27,055 nt of DNA from Okeania sp. (GTDB taxonomy: Bacteria; Cyanobacteriota; Cyanobacteriia; Cyanobacteriales; Microcoleaceae): NCBI RefSeq assembly GCF_035285525.1, contig NZ_JAYKGW010000227.1:1-27055 (forward strand). Direction: 5' to 3'. Made by a program: the position numbers and the translations under genes. Every line of letters begins with the position of its first letter. The stretch's first letter is position 1. Shown here in pieces: positions 22,205 through 27,055 of this stretch. The notes beneath the pieces were generated by a model. The model made no database searches. It was not told the DNA's origin and saw only the letters and a list, made by a program, of their open reading frames with translations.

Positions 22205-24997
22205 TTAAGAACTCAAGGTATTAGCCATTTCACAATAAAAATTACAACCCAATAATGCAGTTGCTTCTGCCACATCTATAGGTTTAGAAAACAAATATCC
22301 TTGACCATATTCACATCCTAAATTTATCAGTTGAGCTAATTGTTCTTCATTTTCAATCCCTTCTGCTATTACATCCAATCCCATACTATGAGCTAATGTC
22401 ACAATTGCCTGTACAATCTCATGATTTTCCCCATTAGCACCGATATTTGTCACAAAAGATTTATCAATTTTGAGAGTATTCAGAGGAAAACGATGTAAAT
22501 AACTCAGAGATGAATATCCTGTACCAAAATCATCAACACTTAACTGCATTCCCAACTTCTGTAGTTTAGATAAAACTATAGTAGCAGACTCAGCATTATC
22601 CATGACTACACTTTCTGTAATTTCTATTTTTAACCATTTAGGATTAATACCTGTCTTTTGCAAAATACGTTGAATTTGTGAAACTAAGTTAGGTTGGGAA
22701 AACTGTTTTCCAGAAATATTGACAGCTATAGTAAGTTGAATTTGAGGGTAGATTTTCTGCCATTCTTGCAGTTGACGACAAACTTCCCAAAATATCCACT
22801 GACCCAAAGGAATAATCAAACCTGTTTCCTCTGCTATCGGGATAAACTTTGTTGGAGGAACTAGACCACGCTCTGGATGTTGCCAACGCACTAAAGCTTC
22901 AAAACCTACTAAGTTCCCTGTACTTAAAGAAACAATTGGTTGATAGTTGAGTAAAAAAGTGTTTTCAATTAGACACCCCAATTCTTCTATAATCTCCACC
23001 GCTTGGCGTAAGTCACGCTCTAACTGCATCTTTTCTGTAACATAACTGTGCATATAACTGGTAAATACCAAATAGCTACCTGGGTTATTTTCTTTAGCCT
23101 GATCCATAGCAATATTAGCATCTCGGAGCATATCTCCTGCCCATTGATATTCATCGGAACTAATAACAATGCCGATACTAGCAGTAATAAATAGTTGATG
23201 ACCATCTAATTTTAGAGGTTGAGAAATCACGGTTTCGATTAGAGTTGCTAAACCAACAGCATCTTCTAGATCGTGAACTTTTTCCAAAAGAATAACAAAT
23301 TCATCACTGCCGATGCGTGCTACCGTATCTCCCCTTCGTAAACAACTTTTGATTCGTTGAGCAATTTCAATTAAGAGCTTATCTCCCATAGAATGACCAT
23401 GACTTTCATTGATGATCTTAAATCGATCTAAATTAATTGTCAGTATAGCAAACAAGTCAGAGGAATTTTTGTGGTGCAATAATGTTTGCTGTAGTCTATC
23501 CATTAATAAAGCTCTATTTGGCAAGTCTGTAAGACTATCATACAAAGATTGATGTCGCAGTTTCTCCTCTGCTGATTTTTTTTCGGTGACATCATGACAA
23601 TTAACTACAATTCCCTGAACTGATTCATCGTCAAGTAAATTCATTACCACAGCTTCAAATACACACCAAGTACCATCCTTATGACAAACTCGATATTCGT
23701 CTAATCCCCGACGTGCTTTTGAATGTTGTTTTACTCCTTCTATTACCTGTTTCATCCACCATCTATCATTAGGATGAATATAGTCTAATATAGATTTGCC
23801 AATTAATTCCTCTGAAGTGTAACCTAAAATTCGTTTTTGGGAAGGACTAACATATTGATAAATGCCATTACTGTCTAAAATCTGGATAATATCCGTGCTA
23901 TTTTCGATTAAGGATCTAAACCTGCGTTCATTTTCCCGTAATTTTTTTTCTGCTTGCTTACGTTCAGTAATATCAGTGCTAACAGCAACAAACCCAATAA
24001 TTTTATCTGTTACATCTCTGATCACATCGATACGCATCAAAATCTGAATAATTTTACCTCTGCGACTTTGACAAGTAACTTCTCCATTCCATCCACTTCC
24101 ACTCTTCATACTATCAGATATTTGTTGAGCTAGTTTTGTATCTGTGATTAAACTAAGCAACCCACCAATAGCATTTAGTTCATCTACATTTCTATAATCA
24201 AAAAGTTTAGTGAATGCTGGATTTTGAAAAATGTGATTGCCATTAGCATCAGTCATACTAATTGCTTCACTGCTGCTTTCTACCGCTTTACCTGTCAATG
24301 CTAGTTTGTTTTCAGTTTGTCGTAGTTCAGTAATATCAATTCCGACAGTACATGCTGCTTTACCCTGGTTGTATTTTTGAGCAACTATGAGATATTGACC
24401 GGCAGCTCCATTCATTTCATGGACAGTAACTGTAGCTTGACTAGCAAAAAAATTGCTAACAAACATACTAAAATCTGCATTATTTCCAGTCAAAAAGCCA
24501 ATATTTTTACCAATAAACTCTTCAGGAGACATCTTGAATATATCAGCTAAATGGTTATTAACTCCCAAATAACATAAGTCTGAACTAATCCAAGAAACTA
24601 ATCCTGGTATTGCTTCTAAAAGTGTTTGTAATTGCTCATCTACTTCACCATGCAATGACAATGATTCTTGTGATTTATTATGGGAGTTAATAAGTTTAAT
24701 ATTGTGAGGAATTAATATAACTTTTTCTTGATTTATTGGATAGATACTGGCGTTAAATTTTACCTGTTCTTCTCCTATTTGAAATTGATGTTGAACTTCT
24801 ATTTGACGATTTGTTGCTAAACAAATTGAAATTTGATCGCTCAAAATATTTTTCTGAGTATTTTCCAGAAATTTACGGATTTGAACTTTCAGAGACATAT
24901 TCTTTTTAGGGGATAATTCCCCATCTATCGGAATACTTCCTACAAAGCTTCCTGCTCTATCCAACAACCAAATACAACTATTTATTAAAGGAAACAT
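22205..24997 (-). CDS. Multi-PAS GGDEF-EAL signalling protein (c-di-GMP turnover)
   Basis: 930-aa ORF with several PAS-like blocks separated by coiled-coil linkers (ITERKQAEKKLRENE, VTEKKSAEEKLRHQ). The GGDEF domain has an RRGD I-site and a GSDEF active-site variant (23297-23311). EAL domain motifs are EALVRW, DDFGTGYSSL, KIDKSF and EGIENEEQ. Confidence 0.9.
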   Translation of the reverse strand: MFPLINSCIWLLDRAGSFVGSIPIDGELSPKKNMSLKVQIRKFLENTQKNILSDQISICLATNRQIEVQHQFQIGEEQVKFNASIYPINQEKVILIPHNIKLINSHNKSQESLSLHGEVDEQLQTLLEAIPGLVSWISSDLCYLGVNNHLADIFKMSPEEFIGKNIGFLTGNNADFSMFVSNFFASQATVTVHEMNGAAGQYLIVAQKYNQGKAACTVGIDITELRQTENKLALTGKAVESSSEAISMTDANGNHIFQNPAFTKLFDYRNVDELNAIGGLLSLITDTKLAQQISDSMKSGSGWNGEVTCQSRRGKIIQILMRIDVIRDVTDKIIGFVAVSTDITERKQAEKKLRENERRFRSLIENSTDIIQILDSNGIYQYVSPSQKRILGYTSEELIGKSILDYIHPNDRWWMKQVIEGVKQHSKARRGLDEYRVCHKDGTWCVFEAVVMNLLDDESVQGIVVNCHDVTEKKSAEEKLRHQSLYDSLTDLPNRALLMDRLQQTLLHHKNSSDLFAILTINLDRFKIINESHGHSMGDKLLIEIAQRIKSCLRRGDTVARIGSDEFVILLEKVHDLEDAVGLATLIETVISQPLKLDGHQLFITASIGIVISSDEYQWAGDMLRDANIAMDQAKENNPGSYLVFTSYMHSYVTEKMQLERDLRQAVEIIEELGCLIENTFLLNYQPIVSLSTGNLVGFEALVRWQHPERGLVPPTKFIPIAEETGLIIPLGQWIFWEVCRQLQEWQKIYPQIQLTIAVNISGKQFSQPNLVSQIQRILQKTGINPKWLKIEITESVVMDNAESATIVLSKLQKLGMQLSVDDFGTGYSSLSYLHRFPLNTLKIDKSFVTNIGANGENHEIVQAIVTLAHSMGLDVIAEGIENEEQLAQLINLGCEYGQGYLFSKPIDVAEATALLGCNFYCEMANTLSS

Positions 24998-25035
24998 ATC
25001 ATTTATATGAGTATAATTTTCGGTTTAATTGTAAG

Positions 25036-25228
25036 GTAAGCATTCAGCACTCAGTAGTCAGCTATTTATTTTAGTTTGAGATAAAAACTTTATTAGTCTG
25101 AGATAAATTTAATCTTACTATCAAAGCCGACTTTTAAGCTTATATTCATTTAAAGCCATTTTAAGGTTTAGATAGGATTTGCTGATAGCTAATACCTGTT
25201 TGCGCAGCATTCCGCAGGAAATGCTTAC
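25036..25228. mobile_element. MITE-like element, same family, copy 4
   Basis: Starts gtaagcattcagcactcagtagtcagc and ends gcattccgcaggaaatgcttac. Internal attcatttaaagccattttaa core. Confidence 0.7.
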
Positions 25229-25498
25229 ATTGTAAGTAAGTTAATTATAGTTAACAAGACTTAGGCATAAACTGGGTTTATTAACTAAATTTAGTATTTT
25301 GAACAACAACAATCAGGGCAATAAACCCAGATTCTTGGTTGGCTCCCATAAGTCTTGATTCAGATATTCTTTTTACAGATATTCTTTTTATATTATAGCA
25401 GTCTCCATTAGTGGCTCTGACATTTTAAAATTATCATAACTTACACCCTATCTTAATAATTCCTATATCTGACTTCTCAAATCAGTAATAAATAATTT

Positions 25499-25993
25499 TT
25501 ATTCTTGAGTAATTTTTATTACATAAGGATAATATTTATTTCTTTGGTAAGAACCTATCCAAATTTCATAAGTGCCCGAAAACCATTGACCTATAATTCC
25601 TGGATTTTTTCCTTCAAAGTCATCATTACACCAACTACCTCCAGGACCTCTAATTACTAAAGTTGTATCTTCACTACTTTTAACTTCAAGTTTCAGAGAT
25701 TTAAAAAAGCCTTTTAAAATGATTCTATGATCTGGTTCTTTATCAATAAAACCTACACATGGTCCTGTGACAGTATTTTCTCTCCCTATTGTTTCTTTCG
25801 CAGACATTGGTCCTCCACTTAACCCTCTTATAATGATTTGTTTTGGAGGAGATTTTGGCTCCAGGTTAACATTTTCAAATATAGGTGCAGATGGTAAATC
25901 TTGAGATAAAACTGGGGTAACTTTCTCTACCCCTGCTAATGAAAACAATACTCCTAAAAATAACATAGTTTTTTTGTTTTTATATATATTCAT
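25499..25993 (-). CDS. Secreted hypothetical protein
   Basis: 164-aa ORF with ATG start and signal-peptide-like N-terminus KKTMLFLGVLFSLAGVEKV. Two Cys residues (GPCVGF, GSWCNDD). No family recognised. Confidence 0.6.
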   Translation of the reverse strand: MNIYKNKKTMLFLGVLFSLAGVEKVTPVLSQDLPSAPIFENVNLEPKSPPKQIIIRGLSGGPMSAKETIGRENTVTGPCVGFIDKEPDHRIILKGFFKSLKLEVKSSEDTTLVIRGPGGSWCNDDFEGKNPGIIGQWFSGTYEIWIGSYQRNKYYPYVIKITQE

Positions 25994-26317
25994 GTAGGGT
26001 GCTGTTTTCTAATTTGTGAAGTTTGATTTTAAGCTCTATCAAGCATTGCTTAAAAAGAGAGACTTGAGATTTTATTTATTAATCAAAAAAATTATAGGGG
26101 AAATGTCATTTCAGTTATCAGTTATCAGTAGAGAGTGAACCTCCGAACTAAACTCGGAGGCTTGAAATACTGATTTCTCGGGAACGGTGTTAAAATTTTT
26201 TCATCCCCGAACCAGGGGAGGCTTTATACCTCATTTTTTGATAAAATAGCAAAATTTCTATTTCACTTTAAAATGTTTTAATTCCCCTTTTTTTAGTAAA
26301 TAAAATTCTTATTTCAG

Positions 26318-26574
26318 GTAAGCATTTTCTGGGGAATGCGCTCGCATTCAGCTATTAGCAGTCAGTACTTCAGCTATTAATATTAAATCCACTTTTGGAG
26401 GATAAAATAAATATAGGCAAAAACTTCAATCTTGGCAAAGTTTGGAGACCAAAACTCTACAATATTGAATTGTAGAATTTGATATTATTTATTAAATTTA
26501 TCCTCTAAAGCTAAGAGCTAAGAGCTTTCAGCTCAGGTCCGACCTAGGAGACAAAATCACGGTTCAATGCTTAC
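26318..26574. mobile_element. MITE-like element, related family member, copy 5
   Basis: Starts gtaagcattttctggggaatgcgc...cattcagctattagcagtcag and ends ggttcaatgcttac. Its last base is the first base of the complemented TAG stop of the CAAD gene. Confidence 0.55.
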
Positions 26575-27055
26575 TATTTAAGAGATTCTTTACCAATAAT
26601 TTCTCCTTTAATTTGTTGAATTTTATCTAATAATTCTTGCCGATCAGATTTTCGCAACAAATAACGGTAAATAAACCAACAAACATATCCTATCCCAATA
26701 ATTTCAAAGCTAACTGAGAAAATAGAAATTCCTTGTAAGGCTTGAATAAGGCTAATACCTAAGACTAATATTAATAGTGCTAATAGCACTGAACCAACTA
26801 TTTTTCGTTGAGGTTGATGTTCTTCAGCATTTGAGTTTGTAGTAGTTGCTGGTGTTGCAGCTTTACTTTCTGCTACCACTGTCTTAGGATTAGTTGGCGT
26901 TGCAGTTTTAGTTTTTGCTGCTACCTTAACTTGCTCTGCTACCGGAGGAGTAGTTGGCGTCGCAACTTTAGTTTCTGCTACCTTATCTTTATCTACTACC
27001 GGAGGAGTAGTTGGCGTCGCAACTTTAGTTTCTGCTACCTTATCTTTATCTACTA
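26574..27055 (-). CDS. CAAD-domain (CurT/CURT1-like) membrane protein, 5' end outside the window
   Basis: C-terminal two-TM module (VLLALLILVLGISLIQAL and FEIIGIGYVCWFIYRYLL) is followed by RKSDRQELLDKIQQIKGEIIG, typical of CAAD. The reading frame stays open upstream of the track's GTG (26879) to the window edge, through Pro/Thr/Ala/Lys-rich repeats. Confidence 0.7.
   Translation of the reverse strand, partial: VDKDKVAETKVATPTTPPVVDKDKVAETKVATPTTPPVAEQVKVAAKTKTATPTNPKTVVAESKAATPATTTNSNAEEHQPQRKIVGSVLLALLILVLGISLIQALQGISIFSVSFEIIGIGYVCWFIYRYLLRKSDRQELLDKIQQIKGEIIGKESLK
26885..27055. repeat. In-frame 57-nt (19-codon) tandem repeat in the CAAD gene
   Basis: 26944-27000 and 27001-27055 are identical as far as the window goes. 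A diverged unit lies at 26885-26943. The units encode VVDKDKVAETKVATPTTPP. Confidence 0.85.

Overview
This is an AT-rich chromosomal segment that looks like a filamentous (Nostocales-type) cyanobacterium. Evidence: ten perfect HIP1 octamers (GCGATCGC), heptameric STRR-type tandem repeats next to start and stop codons, a CAAD/CurT-like gene, and many MITE-like and hairpin repeats. Apparent core genes are a 2Fe-2S ferredoxin-like protein, a ThiO-like glycine oxidase, a TauE/SafE permease, a PAS-GGDEF-EAL c-di-GMP protein, a secreted protein and a partial CAAD-domain protein. There is also a carbohydrate-type ABC importer: binding protein, two permeases, and an ATPase that lies 12.4 kb further on. 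Accessory DNA sits between permease 2 (ends 7777) and the ATPase (starts 20185). It holds a plus-strand run of toxin-antitoxin modules (Phd/VapC, AbrB/decayed VapC, DUF433/DUF5615) and an overlapping toxin/immunity-like pair with scattered remnants. The main candidate for an undescribed system is a four-gene minus-strand operon (11217-17903). It encodes a ClpC-N-domain/TPR protein, a TPR-CHAT caspase-like protease with an intact His/Cys dyad, a small acidic protein, and a coiled-coil protein ending in two glycine-zipper TM helices. A 36-nt direct repeat at the junction of the first two genes would fuse them in frame if collapsed. I recognised no rRNA, tRNA, CRISPR array, cas gene, transposase or integrase. 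All family assignments come from motif recognition by eye, not from searches.
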